Notes under the pieces: generated by a model
Seen by the model: only the letters and a program-made list of their open reading frames with translations
The model's database searches: none
Told to the model about the DNA's origin: nothing
Translations under genes and position numbers: made by a program
Shown: positions 1 to 9,027 of the stretch, in pieces
Numbering within the stretch: position 1 is the first letter of the stretch
Layout: each line of letters opens with the position of its first letter
From: Actinobacteria bacterium UBA7524
Lineage (GTDB): Bacteria; Actinomycetota; Coriobacteriia; Anaerosomatales; UBA912
Direction: 5' to 3'
Assembly: GCA_002478275.1 (NCBI GenBank)
Contig: DLMY01000053.1
Span: forward strand, 26,347-90,346
Length of the DNA stretch: 64,000 nucleotides

Positions 1-1127
1 TCGACGATCTGCCCTATCCGCGCTGGAAGATGCAGTTGATGGAGAAGGAGCAGCGCCTCTCACCCGAGAACTGGAGCGACTCCGCTCTCCTCGGCGCACT
101 TGAGGCATTGCGCTCGGGCATCACCACCGTCGCCGACATCAGCGAGAGCGGGGCTTCGGCAGCGGCAGTGGTCGCATCCGGGCTCAGGGCCGTGGTCTAC
201 CGCGAGGTCTCCACGATGGACAAGGCCCGCATCCCGACCGTGATGTCGCAGGCCGCGGAGGACATCGACGCGTGGACCTCCTCGGCGGACAGCGATCTCG
301 TGCAGGTCGGCATCGCGCCGCATGCGCCGTACAGTTGCCATCCTGACCTGTTCAGGAGCGTGGCGGAGTATGCCATCGAGCACGCGCTCCCGGTCACGAC
401 GCACCTGGCCGGATCGAAAGAGGAGTACCAGTTCGTCAAGTACGGAAGCTCCGCTCTGGCCGTCGACTACAGAGAGATGGAGCCTGACAGGGTCCCTTGG
501 CTGCCTACCGGCGTGAGCCCGGTGACGTACGTGGCTCAGTGGGGCCTGTTCGACGTGGAGAACATGCTCGCGGTGCACTGCACACAGGTCGACGAGGCCG
601 ACATCGACATCCTGGCATCGAACGACGTGTCGGTCGCCTATTGCCCTCGCTGCAACGCCAAGCTCGGGATGGGTGTGATGCCCCTTCGTCGGATGCTCCA
701 TGCGGGAGTGCGCATCGGCATCGGTACGGACTCACCAGCCTCGAACAACACGATGGATGTGTTCGACGAGATGCGCATAGGGCTGCTGATCCAGCGAGCC
801 ATCGACGCCAACGAGCAGTTCCACAACGCGCGCAAGTTCGTGAAGCTCGGTACGCTCGACGCGGCGCGCGCACTGCGGATGGACCACGCGGTCGGTTCGC
901 TGGAGCCGGGCAAGCAGGCGGACGTGATCGCCGTGGACCTGTCGCACAGCCACCAGCTTCCCACGCTCAACCCGTACAGCACGCTCGTTCACGCCGCTAA
1001 CCAGGACAACGTCGTGTTCACGATGATCGGCGGCAAGGTGCTCTACGAGAACGGGACATGGCCCACCCTCGACGTCGAGCGCATCAAGGCACGTGCCGAG
1101 GAGATGCGACCGATGCTGCGAGGCTGA
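1..1127 (+). CDS. amidohydrolase of the chlorohydrolase/MtaD (MTA/SAH or aminofutalosine deaminase-like) family; 5' end lies outside the window
   Basis: The frame is open back to base 3. Motifs SGITTVAD, HAPYSC, HLAGS and GTDSPASNN are typical of the ATZ/TRZ-MtaD family. The N-terminal HxH metal motif is missing, so the start is upstream of the window. Confidence 0.75.
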   Translation, partial: DDLPYPRWKMQLMEKEQRLSPENWSDSALLGALEALRSGITTVADISESGASAAAVVASGLRAVVYREVSTMDKARIPTVMSQAAEDIDAWTSSADSDLVQVGIAPHAPYSCHPDLFRSVAEYAIEHALPVTTHLAGSKEEYQFVKYGSSALAVDYREMEPDRVPWLPTGVSPVTYVAQWGLFDVENMLAVHCTQVDEADIDILASNDVSVAYCPRCNAKLGMGVMPLRRMLHAGVRIGIGTDSPASNNTMDVFDEMRIGLLIQRAIDANEQFHNARKFVKLGTLDAARALRMDHAVGSLEPGKQADVIAVDLSHSHQLPTLNPYSTLVHAANQDNVVFTMIGGKVLYENGTWPTLDVERIKARAEEMRPMLRG

Positions 1128-1130
1128 ACG

Positions 1131-1613
1131 GTGAGAGAGCAGGGCGTTGTACGCGCGGTGCGGCCGGGTGAGGCTGACATCGACATGCTTCCGGAGCCTG
1201 GCGGCAAGTGCGCCGAGTGCGGCGCCTGCGCCCGTGCCGCAGGCGGTGCGATGCGGCTCGATGGCGTGTCCGACCCCATCGGCGTATCGGTGGGAGACCG
1301 GGTCGAAGTCGAGGTGCCCATCGAGGCGCGCAGACGCGCCCAGGCAGCTGTTTTCGCTGGTCCGGTCGCTGCGTTGCTCCTCGGCTACTTGGCTGGTTTC
1401 TTGCTTGGTAGGTGGCTTGGTGTGGACCAGGACATTCTCGGGGCTGTCGTTGCCCTGACCTGCGGAGTCGCTGCGTTGCTGGCTCTGCGTCAGGCGGGTG
1501 CCCCGGGCAGCGTCAGGGACCGATACCCCGTGCGTATCCGTGCTATAATCGCCGAGGCCATGAGGCCAGTCCACGGAGCCGGCGAACGGCCCGAGGACCT
1601 ATCGATCGACTGA
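1131..1613 (+). CDS. rseC: SoxR-reducing-system RseC/MucC family membrane protein
   Basis: GTG start. N-terminal G-V-V-R-A-V beta segment, a CxxCGAC cysteine cluster, GDRVEVEV, then two TM helices: the RseC-family layout. Confidence 0.65.
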   Translation: MREQGVVRAVRPGEADIDMLPEPGGKCAECGACARAAGGAMRLDGVSDPIGVSVGDRVEVEVPIEARRRAQAAVFAGPVAALLLGYLAGFLLGRWLGVDQDILGAVVALTCGVAALLALRQAGAPGSVRDRYPVRIRAIIAEAMRPVHGAGERPEDLSID

Positions 1614-1627
1614 GGAGGACACCGAAC

Positions 1628-2050
1628 GTGAGCGACCAGGATTTCTTCTTCGACGAGGACGAGACGGTCGAAGAAGCGCCGCCCGCCAAGGGCGAAAGCA
1701 AGAGAAGCTCAACTTCCGCCGGTAAGAGCGCGGCGCGCGCTTCCGCACCGGCTGCCGCTGCCGGGACCCAGACCGTGAGCATGACGGTCGCTGCGCTCAT
1801 CGGCGTGGTCACACTGTTGCTGGGCGTGATCATCGGCATCTTCATCCCCGCAGGGGGCACATCGAATCTGCCCGCACCCACCAATAACGGGACGCAGAGC
1901 ATGCCGGCTCCCGAGCTCTCCCCCGAGGCTCTTGAGTCGGGCGAGCTTCCGCCGGGTCATCCTCCGCTCGACAGCATGGGCGGCGGTACCGAGGCGCCCG
2001 AGGGCATGCCGCCGGTTGACGAGTCGGCCGAACCTACCGCCACTGAGTAA
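1628..2050 (+). CDS. hypothetical single-pass membrane protein (acidic N-terminus, Pro-rich C-terminus)
   Basis: GTG at 1628 preceded by GAGGAGGA. One clear TM segment (MTVAALIGVVTLLLGVIIGIFI). The upstream part of the 1412 ORF overlaps rseC in another frame. Confidence 0.45.
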   Translation: MSDQDFFFDEDETVEEAPPAKGESKRSSTSAGKSAARASAPAAAAGTQTVSMTVAALIGVVTLLLGVIIGIFIPAGGTSNLPAPTNNGTQSMPAPELSPEALESGELPPGHPPLDSMGGGTEAPEGMPPVDESAEPTATE

Positions 2051-2132
2051 CGGATATCGAATGAGATCCGGCGCGGGTCCGGGCCGATGCGTCCGGGCCC
2101 GCGTCTGATGTCTGTCTCCGAGGAGGAGAGAC

Positions 2133-2795
2133 GTGGCCATCAACAAGAGGAACGCTTCGCCCATGATGAGGATCGGTATCGCCGCAGTGGCGTTGATACT
2201 GGTCATGGCGTTGATGCCGGGCGTATTCGCACTGTTCTCGCCGCGACCCACGCAGGATTCCCCGACCACCGGCCAGGGACAGCTCGAGCAGATCGCGGCT
2301 CAGTACGGGCCCAGGATAGCGGCGCTGGATGGCATGCTGGAGAGTCAGCCCACCAGCTACACGGTGCTGATGCAGGTCGGGCATACGTACTTCGACTGGG
2401 GTGCGGAGATCCAGCAGGCAGGTCTGGGCGCGTCGGGCGAGGACAGGCCGATGTGGCTTGCGGCCGCCTCGTTCTACGACCGCGCCCTTGAGTTGGATGC
2501 CAGCATTCCCCCGGACCTCGTGGACGCCGCGATCGCTCACTTCTACTCCGGCAACACGACAAAGGCGATCGAGTTGGGCGAGGCCGCGGTCGCCGTGGAT
2601 CCCGAGTTCGCACCCGCTCACTACAATCTCGGCGTCTTCTACCGTTCTGTCGGCCGTCAGGTCGAGGCGATAGCTGCGTACGAGAAGGCCATCGAACTCG
2701 ATCCTGAAGGCCAGGTCACCAACGTCGAGCAGGCGCGTCTGGCGCTGCTTGATATGGCTGCCGAGACCGGTACCGAGGGCACCACGACGCCATAA
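2133..2795 (+). CDS. membrane-anchored TPR-repeat protein
   Basis: N-terminal TM helix followed by TPR-like repeats (AxxxYxxALELDP appears twice). Confidence 0.6.
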   Translation: MAINKRNASPMMRIGIAAVALILVMALMPGVFALFSPRPTQDSPTTGQGQLEQIAAQYGPRIAALDGMLESQPTSYTVLMQVGHTYFDWGAEIQQAGLGASGEDRPMWLAAASFYDRALELDASIPPDLVDAAIAHFYSGNTTKAIELGEAAVAVDPEFAPAHYNLGVFYRSVGRQVEAIAAYEKAIELDPEGQVTNVEQARLALLDMAAETGTEGTTTP

Positions 2796-2821
2796 CAGGT
2801 ATCTTCGCGACATCACGGCCC

Positions 2822-2843
2822 CCGCGCGCACTGCGTGTGCGGG
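2822..2843. terminator. hairpin between convergent genes (candidate bidirectional terminator)
   Basis: CCGCGCGCAC-TGC-GTGTGCGGG imperfect stem of about 7 bp, followed by CTTTC. It lies between the stop codons of the TPR gene and the minus-strand STAS gene. Confidence 0.35.
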
Positions 2844-2854
2844 CTTTCGACGTG

Positions 2855-3199
2855 CTAGTGCTCCCCCAGCACCGCGAACGCCTCATCTACCGAAGAAGCG
2901 GTCGAGAACACGCCGTTCAGGCGTGTGAGCGACAAGATGTTGTCCACCGTCTCGTTGGTCACGAGTACGAGGCGCCCACCCTGAGCGCCATACTCTTTCG
3001 AGAGACTGAGCAACAGCCCCAGACCGGAGCTGTCCAGGTACTCGAGTCTGGACAGGTCGACGACCGTGGCCGGCGGTGTGGACTTGAGTATTCGGTCGAT
3101 GTTCATCCGAAACGATGCACACTCACCGTAGTCGAGGTCTCCGGTGAGTGTCAGCAGCCAGTGAGACTTCTCTTGTTCCAGGTCGATGGTCAATGCCAT
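2855..3199 (-). CDS. STAS-domain anti-sigma-factor antagonist (SpoIIAA/RsbV-like)
   Basis: 114 aa with the LEYLDSSGLGLL phosphorylatable-serine motif and STAS length and architecture. Confidence 0.8.
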   Translation of the reverse strand: MALTIDLEQEKSHWLLTLTGDLDYGECASFRMNIDRILKSTPPATVVDLSRLEYLDSSGLGLLLSLSKEYGAQGGRLVLVTNETVDNILSLTRLNGVFSTASSVDEAFAVLGEH

Positions 3200-3341
3200 G
3201 GGTGGATTCCTTTCTTAGCTGATTCAAAGCTGTTGTACCCATTTCCATGATTCGGGCATCGTCTCACCCACCAAATCGGCTGCTGTTGTACAATCTGCGA
3301 AGTCACGCTAAATCCGGCTACCGGGAATGAGAGCGCGCCAC

Positions 3342-3677
3342 ATGGAACTCGACATCAACTCTGTGCGAACCGGCGATTACTGCGTCATGACGCTCGCGGG
3401 GGAGGTCGACGTCTACACTGCGCCTCGTCTCAAGAGCGCGCTCGTGGAGCTGATCGAGCAGGGCTGCGTCAACGTCCTGGTCGATCTCGAAAACGTGGGA
3501 TTCATCGATAGCTCAGGCCTGGGAGTCCTGGTGGGAGGGTTGCGGAGGGCCAAGGAGAAGTCCGGGGCCATCCGTCTCGTATGCACCAGGGACAGCATCC
3601 TCAAGATCTTCAGGATCACGGGACTGGACAAGGTGTTCCCGATCTTCGAGTCGGTCGACGAGGCGCGCGAGTTCTGA
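3342..3677 (+). CDS. STAS-domain anti-sigma-factor antagonist (second, divergent paralog)
   Basis: VGFIDSSGLGVLVG motif. MELDIN... fits the usual SpoIIAA N-terminus. An alternative ATG start at 3327 cannot be excluded. Confidence 0.8.
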   Translation: MELDINSVRTGDYCVMTLAGEVDVYTAPRLKSALVELIEQGCVNVLVDLENVGFIDSSGLGVLVGGLRRAKEKSGAIRLVCTRDSILKIFRITGLDKVFPIFESVDEAREF

Positions 3678-3717
3678 GACGCTACCCGGCGTTCCGGCGA
3701 TCTAACGGGAGTCACGT

Positions 3718-4005
3718 GTGTTCGGCATAAGCGGCACCGAGCTGTTCATCATCGTTCTGTTCGCCCTGTTCATCTTCGGTCCGGACAAGCTTCCGGAGAT
3801 GGGCAGGACGGTCGGGCGCTTCATGCGCGAGTTCAAGCGTGCCCAGGAGAGCATGGAGGCAGTGATCCGCGCCGAGATGTACGCCCAGGAGCGCGAGAAG
3901 CAGAAGGAAGAGGCTGCTTCGATCCCTGCCGCCGGCGAGACTGCCACAGCGGCTCTGGATGACGATGATGACGACGAAGACGATGATGAGGAGGAAGAGG
4001 ACTGA
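3718..4005 (+). CDS. tatA: twin-arginine translocase TatA/E family protein with a poly-acidic C-terminal tail
   Basis: FGISGTELFIIVLFALFIFGPDKLPEMGRTVGR is the TatA TM plus amphipathic-helix signature. The tail reads DDDDDDEDDDEEEED. Confidence 0.85.
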   Translation: MFGISGTELFIIVLFALFIFGPDKLPEMGRTVGRFMREFKRAQESMEAVIRAEMYAQEREKQKEEAASIPAAGETATAALDDDDDDEDDDEEEED

Positions 4006-4030
4006 GGCGTGACGCCTCCCTCCGGCACCC

Positions 4031-4783
4031 ATGCCCATCTCACCCAGACGCATGCCGTTCCTGGCACATCTAGACGAGCTGCGTCGCCGGCTCGCCGTCA
4101 TCGTCATGGTGATCTTCGTCGGCTCGCTGGGGCTCTACGCGTGGTCCGATCAGCTCTACAACATCTTCATGTCGCCGATCCTCCCCATATTCGGGGACAT
4201 CCCGCTCGTCACTCTCAACCCGTTCGAGACGTTCACGCTGCGCTTCAGGGTCGCGTTCTACGCGACGTTGGTGCTTGGCTCGCCCATCATCATCTGGCAG
4301 ATACTCGCGTTCTTCCTGCCTGCGCTCAAGCCACGTGAACAGCGCTGGGTCATGCCCACTTTCGCCGCGATGGTCGTGCTGTTCGGTCTCGGGGTATGGT
4401 TCTGTCACGCGGTCGTCTTGCATACCGCGTTCCAGTGGATGGCGGATCAGGCGTGGGAGTCGGTGGCGATCATGCCGAACGCGTCGACGTACTTCCAAGG
4501 AGCGGTGCTTCTCGTCCTGGGCTTCGGGTTGGGCTTCCAGTTACCCGTCGTCGTGTTCTACCTGGTGATCTTCAACATCATCCCGTATGCGAAGCTGCGG
4601 GCGAATTGGCGCATCGCATATATCGCGCTGCTCGTCGTGGCATCGGTCGCGACCCCGGACTGGTCGCCGGTCACGATGGGGCTGATGTTCGTTGCCCTGC
4701 TCGCTCTCTACGAGCTCAGTCTCGGGCTAGCGCGCGTCTTGCTCGCCAGGCGCATAGCTTACGAGAAGAGCCTCGAGGACTAG
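4031..4783 (+). CDS. tatC: twin-arginine translocase subunit TatC
   Basis: MPFLAHLDELRRRL N-terminus, six predicted TM segments, and position adjacent to tatA. Confidence 0.9.
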   Translation: MPISPRRMPFLAHLDELRRRLAVIVMVIFVGSLGLYAWSDQLYNIFMSPILPIFGDIPLVTLNPFETFTLRFRVAFYATLVLGSPIIIWQILAFFLPALKPREQRWVMPTFAAMVVLFGLGVWFCHAVVLHTAFQWMADQAWESVAIMPNASTYFQGAVLLVLGFGLGFQLPVVVFYLVIFNIIPYAKLRANWRIAYIALLVVASVATPDWSPVTMGLMFVALLALYELSLGLARVLLARRIAYEKSLED

Positions 4784-4798
4784 GGAAGGGCATAGCGC

Positions 4799-5194
4799 GT
4801 GCACGAGATGGGGATCGTCAGCGGCATACTCGATGCCTCCATCGGAGCCGCTGAGCGCTCCGGAGCGATCAGGATCACCGAGGTCTCGGTGACGATCGGC
4901 GAGCTTACCGAGATCGTCGACGATGCTTTGCACTTCGCATTCGATGCTCTGACCCCCGGCACACTGGCTGAAGGCGCAACGCTCACCGTCACCCGCGTCG
5001 GCGCACGCTCTCGCTGCGGGGACTGTGGCACCGAGTACGAACACGGCCGCTTCGACGTGTCGTGTCCCGCATGCGGCGGGTATGCGGTCCAGCTGCTGCA
5101 GGGAAGGGAGCTTTCGATCGACGGCGTCGAGATCGACCTGCCCGAGGACGGGACCGACCCGATCGCCCAGACGTCGGACGCGAGTCAGGAGTGA
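4799..5194 (+). CDS. hypA: hydrogenase/urease nickel-incorporation protein HypA
   Basis: (M)HE N-terminal Ni motif and two CxxC zinc motifs (CGDCG ... CPACG). Confidence 0.85.
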   Translation: MHEMGIVSGILDASIGAAERSGAIRITEVSVTIGELTEIVDDALHFAFDALTPGTLAEGATLTVTRVGARSRCGDCGTEYEHGRFDVSCPACGGYAVQLLQGRELSIDGVEIDLPEDGTDPIAQTSDASQE

Positions 5195-5204
5195 CGAGCA
5201 CGCG

Positions 5205-5861
5205 ATGAGACTCGACATCAACAAGCCCATCCTCGACCGGAACGACACTCTTGCCGAGGAGAACCGCCGCCTGCTCGACGAACACGGTGTGTTCGTCCTC
5301 GATCTGATGGCCAGTCCTGGCGCGGGCAAGACCTCGACGATCCTGGCGACGATCGCGGCGCTGCGGGAACGCTACGCCATCGCGGTCATAGAGGGCGACA
5401 TCGCCAGTCGCGTGGACGCGGACAAGATATCGGCCCACGGCATCCCCGCCGTTCAGATCAACACCGGTGGCGCGTGCCATCTTGAGGCCGACATGATACG
5501 GCGTGCGCTCGATACCCTCGACCTGGACACGCTCGACCTCATCATCGTGGAGAACGTCGGCAACCTCGTGTGCCCTACGGAGTTCTACCTGGGCGAGAAC
5601 GCGAAGGTGATGATCCTCTCCGTACCCGAAGGCCATGACAAGCCGCTCAAATATCCGGGGATCTTCCAGATCGCCGAGGCGGTCGTTCTCAACAAGTACG
5701 ACACCCTGCCTGTGTTCGACTTCGACGAGGACGAGTTCCGCAGGGTGGTGCACTCGCTCAATCCGTCCGCCCCGGTCTTCGCGCTTTCGGCCACAAAGGG
5801 CGATGGCGTGTCGGATTGGGCAGGATGGCTGTCAGCACGCATCGAGTCCACACGTTCGTGA
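5205..5861 (+). CDS. hypB: hydrogenase nickel-incorporation GTPase HypB
   Basis: P-loop SPGAGKTS, the ENVGNLVCP metal-binding/switch motif and NKYD. ATG at 5205 lies within the longer 5025 ORF. Confidence 0.9.
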   Translation: MRLDINKPILDRNDTLAEENRRLLDEHGVFVLDLMASPGAGKTSTILATIAALRERYAIAVIEGDIASRVDADKISAHGIPAVQINTGGACHLEADMIRRALDTLDLDTLDLIIVENVGNLVCPTEFYLGENAKVMILSVPEGHDKPLKYPGIFQIAEAVVLNKYDTLPVFDFDEDEFRRVVHSLNPSAPVFALSATKGDGVSDWAGWLSARIESTRS

Positions 5862-5874
5862 CCAAGGAGGAACC

Positions 5875-6426
5875 GTGGAGCGTGAACAGGCCCTTGAGTT
5901 GGTCAGGGAGCGTATAGACAATCGCAATCTGGTGAACCATTGTGTCGCCGCCGAGATCATCATGGAGGCGCTTGCGAGGCACTTCGACCTCGATGAGCCG
6001 GACGTGCGCCGATGGGGACTGGCGGGGCTGCTACACGACCTCGACTACGCCGAGACGGCCGAGGACTTCGACAGGCACGGCCTCGTCACTGCCGAGGAGC
6101 TCTCCGGACGCGTGGATGATGAGATCGTACACGCGATCCTTGCGCATGCGGACAAAGCCGAACGTGAGTCTCCGATGGATATCGCGCTGTACGCCGCAGA
6201 CCCCGCCACGGGGTTCATCGTGGCCGCAGCGCTCGTGCGGCCGGACAAGTCGCTGTCGGGCGTGGAGGTCACGTCACTGCTCAAGCGCTGGAAGGAAAAG
6301 GCGTTCGCACGCGGTGCGAATCGCGAGCAGATGGCCGCCTGCGAGCAACTCGGTCTGTCCCGTGAGCAGTTCCTGGGCATCGCGCTCAAGGCGATGCAGG
6401 AGAGGTCGGAGGAGCTCGGTCTCTGA
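5875..6426 (+). CDS. HD-domain metal-dependent phosphohydrolase
   Basis: GTG at 5875 after GGAGGAA. H...LLHDLDY HD motif. About 183 aa. Confidence 0.7.
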   Translation: MEREQALELVRERIDNRNLVNHCVAAEIIMEALARHFDLDEPDVRRWGLAGLLHDLDYAETAEDFDRHGLVTAEELSGRVDDEIVHAILAHADKAERESPMDIALYAADPATGFIVAAALVRPDKSLSGVEVTSLLKRWKEKAFARGANREQMAACEQLGLSREQFLGIALKAMQERSEELGL

Positions 6427-6507
6427 CTGCGTCACGCGCGAGTAGCCATCAGTCCAGCGCGAAGGCCGGATCGCCCGGCTGTCGACAGGTGACTGCTGCG
6501 CGGGGGC

Positions 6508-6537
6508 TTGACGGAGCAGTATATACTCGCCTAGATG
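6508..6537 (+). promoter_or_regulatory. candidate sigma-70-type promoter upstream of topA
   Basis: TTGACG (6508-6513), then 17-18 nt, then CTAGAT/TAGATG in an AT-richer island (gtatatact). Confidence 0.3.
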
Positions 6538-6562
6538 CTTTTCGCCCCTCAGGCAAAGACAG

Positions 6563-8962
6563 GTGCGCATGAGACTGATCGTCTCCGAGAAGAACATCGC
6601 CGCGCGCAAGCTGGCGGAGATACTCGCGGTGGGAAAGCCCACCGCCGACAAGGTGTACGCGACGCCCGTGTACCGCTTCCGCCGTGATGGCGAGGACTGG
6701 GTCAGCATCGGCCTCAAAGGCCATATCATGGGCATCGACTTTCCCGAGAGCTTCTCGAAGTGGCGTCTCGAGGACCTCTCAGAGATGGTTGCGTCCCCAC
6801 TCGTCGAGGAACCCGCTGAGAAAGGTATCATCCGCGCTCTTGAGAACCTTGCCAGGAAGGCCGACCACGTCGTGATCGCGACCGACTATGACCGCGAGGG
6901 CGAGCTCATCGGCGCCGACGCGCGCGGAGTGGTGCTCGGGGCCAACCCCGGCCTGCCGGTTCAGCGGGTCCGCTACTCCGCCATCACGCGAGATGAGATC
7001 GAGCGGGCGTTCGCACAGATCGGCCCGCTGGACGATGACCTCGCCGCAGCAGGTGCATCGCGCCGCGACATCGACCTGATCTGGGGCGCTGTCATGACGC
7101 GCTACCTGACCATCACCTCCAACAAGGCCGCCCGCCGCGCGTGGGGCGACGTGCTTTCTGCGGGTCGCGTGCAGACACCCACGCTCAAGCTCATCGTGGA
7201 CCGCGAGCGAGAGCGCGAGGCGTTCGTGCCCGAGGACTACTGGGTCGTCAAGGCCCTCTTCGCCGCCGAAGGCGAGGAGTTCTCAGGGGTGCACAAGACC
7301 GACAGGTTCTCCTCGGCACAAGAAGCGCAGCGCGTGCTCGATGCGGTGGCAGGACAGGACACCGCGAAGGTCGCGGAGCTCGACAAGACCAAGCGCACGG
7401 TCAAGCCGCCGGCGCCGTTCAACACGACCTCGCTCATGGCCGCCGCGGCGGCTGAGGGACTATCGCCTGCGCGCACCATGCGTATCGCTGAGTCGCTGTA
7501 CATGGACGGACTGATCAGCTACCCGCGCGTGGACAACACCGTGTACCCACCGAGCCTCGATCTGGCCGGGTTGCTCAAGACGCTCGACGCGGTCCCGGCG
7601 TACCACGAGTACGTCGCGAAGTTGCGCGCCAAGGGGCCGCTCACGCCCACGCGCGGTCAGAAGGAGACGACCGACCACCCGCCGATCCATCCGACCGGCG
7701 CGGCGGACCCCGAGAAGCTCAAGCCCGAGGCGTACAAGCTCTATAACCTCGTCGCCAGGCGCTTCATGGCGACGCTGTCCGACCCCGCGGTCCTTGAGAG
7801 CACGAAGGTCGTGCTCGAGGTCGCCGGGGAGCCGTTCATCGCGCGCGGCGACGTGGTGGTCGTACCGGGTTTCCGTGCGATCTACCCGTACGGCATGAAG
7901 AAGGAAGAGCAGCTGCCCGGTTTGGAGAAGGGCGGTTCGTGCGCTTTCCTCGGCGCCGATTCGGAGGCCAAGCAGACGCAGCCACCCGCGCGTTACTCGC
8001 AGGGCAAGCTGATCCAGGAGATGGAGAAGCGGGGCCTGGGGACCAAGGCGACGCGCCACGACATCATCCAGACGCTGTACGACCGCAAGTACATCACCGG
8101 CGACCCGGCGGAGCCCACCCACAAGGGACGCTCGGTCATCGACGCGCTGGTGTTGCGTGCTGAGCGGATCACCAACCCCGAGATGACCGCAGAGCTCGAT
8201 CGCGAGATGGATGACATCGCCAATGCGAGGAGTACGCGCGAGCAGGTGGTGGGACACTCCCGCGAGCTGCTGGCAGAGGTCATGGCGGTGCTGCTGGAAA
8301 GCGTGCCCGAGGTCGGGGAGGCGCTCAAGTCCGCCGCCGACGAGGACGCCAAGGTCGGCACATGCCCTCAGTCCGGCCACGATCTGCTGATCAAGTATTC
8401 GCCCAAGAACAGGGCGTACTTCGTTGGGTGTATGGGGTACCCGGATTGCGGTGTCACTTACCCGCTGCCCAAGAACGCCCGCTTCGCCGCCGTCGAGGAG
8501 ATGTGCGAGACGTGCGGTTCACCCCAGGTCAAGGTGATGCAGTTCAAGCGGCCCGTGCGAGTGATGTGTCTTGCGCCGGATTGCCCGACCAAGAAGGGTC
8601 CCGAGATCGAGGTGGGCCGCTGCTCTCAGTGCGGCGGCGCGTTGCGGGTGAACTACTCGCAGGTGGGCAGCAGGTACGTGCGTTGCGAGAACTACGACGC
8701 GAAGGAGCATGCGGTCTCGTACCCGCTTCCTCAGGCGGGTGAGCTCGAGGCAACGGATGAGACGTGCGAACCGTGCGGTGCCCCCAAAGTCATCGTTCAC
8801 ACCAAGAAGGGCCCCTGGAAGATCTGCATCGACCCGGAGTGCCCCGCGCGGGAACAGAAGAGCGCTACGCGCGGCAAGAAGGCGGGCGGGGCCAAGGGAG
8901 CGGGAGCGAGGAAAGCCGGCTCCGCGAAGCGGAAGGCACCGGTGCGACGCAAGAAATCCTAG
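6563..8962 (+). CDS. topA: DNA topoisomerase I (type IA) with C-terminal zinc-ribbon repeats and a Lys-rich tail
   Basis: TOPRIM N-terminus (LIVSEKNIAARKLA, TDYDREGE), active-site region SYPRVDN, and four C-terminal Cys-ribbon units. Confidence 0.92.
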   Translation: MRMRLIVSEKNIAARKLAEILAVGKPTADKVYATPVYRFRRDGEDWVSIGLKGHIMGIDFPESFSKWRLEDLSEMVASPLVEEPAEKGIIRALENLARKADHVVIATDYDREGELIGADARGVVLGANPGLPVQRVRYSAITRDEIERAFAQIGPLDDDLAAAGASRRDIDLIWGAVMTRYLTITSNKAARRAWGDVLSAGRVQTPTLKLIVDREREREAFVPEDYWVVKALFAAEGEEFSGVHKTDRFSSAQEAQRVLDAVAGQDTAKVAELDKTKRTVKPPAPFNTTSLMAAAAAEGLSPARTMRIAESLYMDGLISYPRVDNTVYPPSLDLAGLLKTLDAVPAYHEYVAKLRAKGPLTPTRGQKETTDHPPIHPTGAADPEKLKPEAYKLYNLVARRFMATLSDPAVLESTKVVLEVAGEPFIARGDVVVVPGFRAIYPYGMKKEEQLPGLEKGGSCAFLGADSEAKQTQPPARYSQGKLIQEMEKRGLGTKATRHDIIQTLYDRKYITGDPAEPTHKGRSVIDALVLRAERITNPEMTAELDREMDDIANARSTREQVVGHSRELLAEVMAVLLESVPEVGEALKSAADEDAKVGTCPQSGHDLLIKYSPKNRAYFVGCMGYPDCGVTYPLPKNARFAAVEEMCETCGSPQVKVMQFKRPVRVMCLAPDCPTKKGPEIEVGRCSQCGGALRVNYSQVGSRYVRCENYDAKEHAVSYPLPQAGELEATDETCEPCGAPKVIVHTKKGPWKICIDPECPAREQKSATRGKKAGGAKGAGARKAGSAKRKAPVRRKKS

Positions 8963-9027
8963 TTCCGGCGGATGCGCCTGCCGGGCAAGGGGCACATACA
9001 CTGTGACCCCTGCCTTACGGAGGAACC

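Noticed and set aside
1412-1627. N-terminal extension of the 1412-2050 ORF
   Set aside because: It overlaps rseC in another frame and has Arg/Cys/Pro-rich composition. GTG 1628 with an upstream GAGGAGGA gives a sensible start.
3958-4002. GAT/GAC/GAG-rich simple repeat (also GGTGCGCAG x3 at 16484-16510 and GACTGG-type repeat at 59882-59902) as possible phase-variation tracts
   Set aside because: All three are in-frame multiples of 3 encoding low-complexity tails (poly-D/E, GAQ x3, DWDWDWD). No homopolymer or out-of-frame slippage potential is evident.
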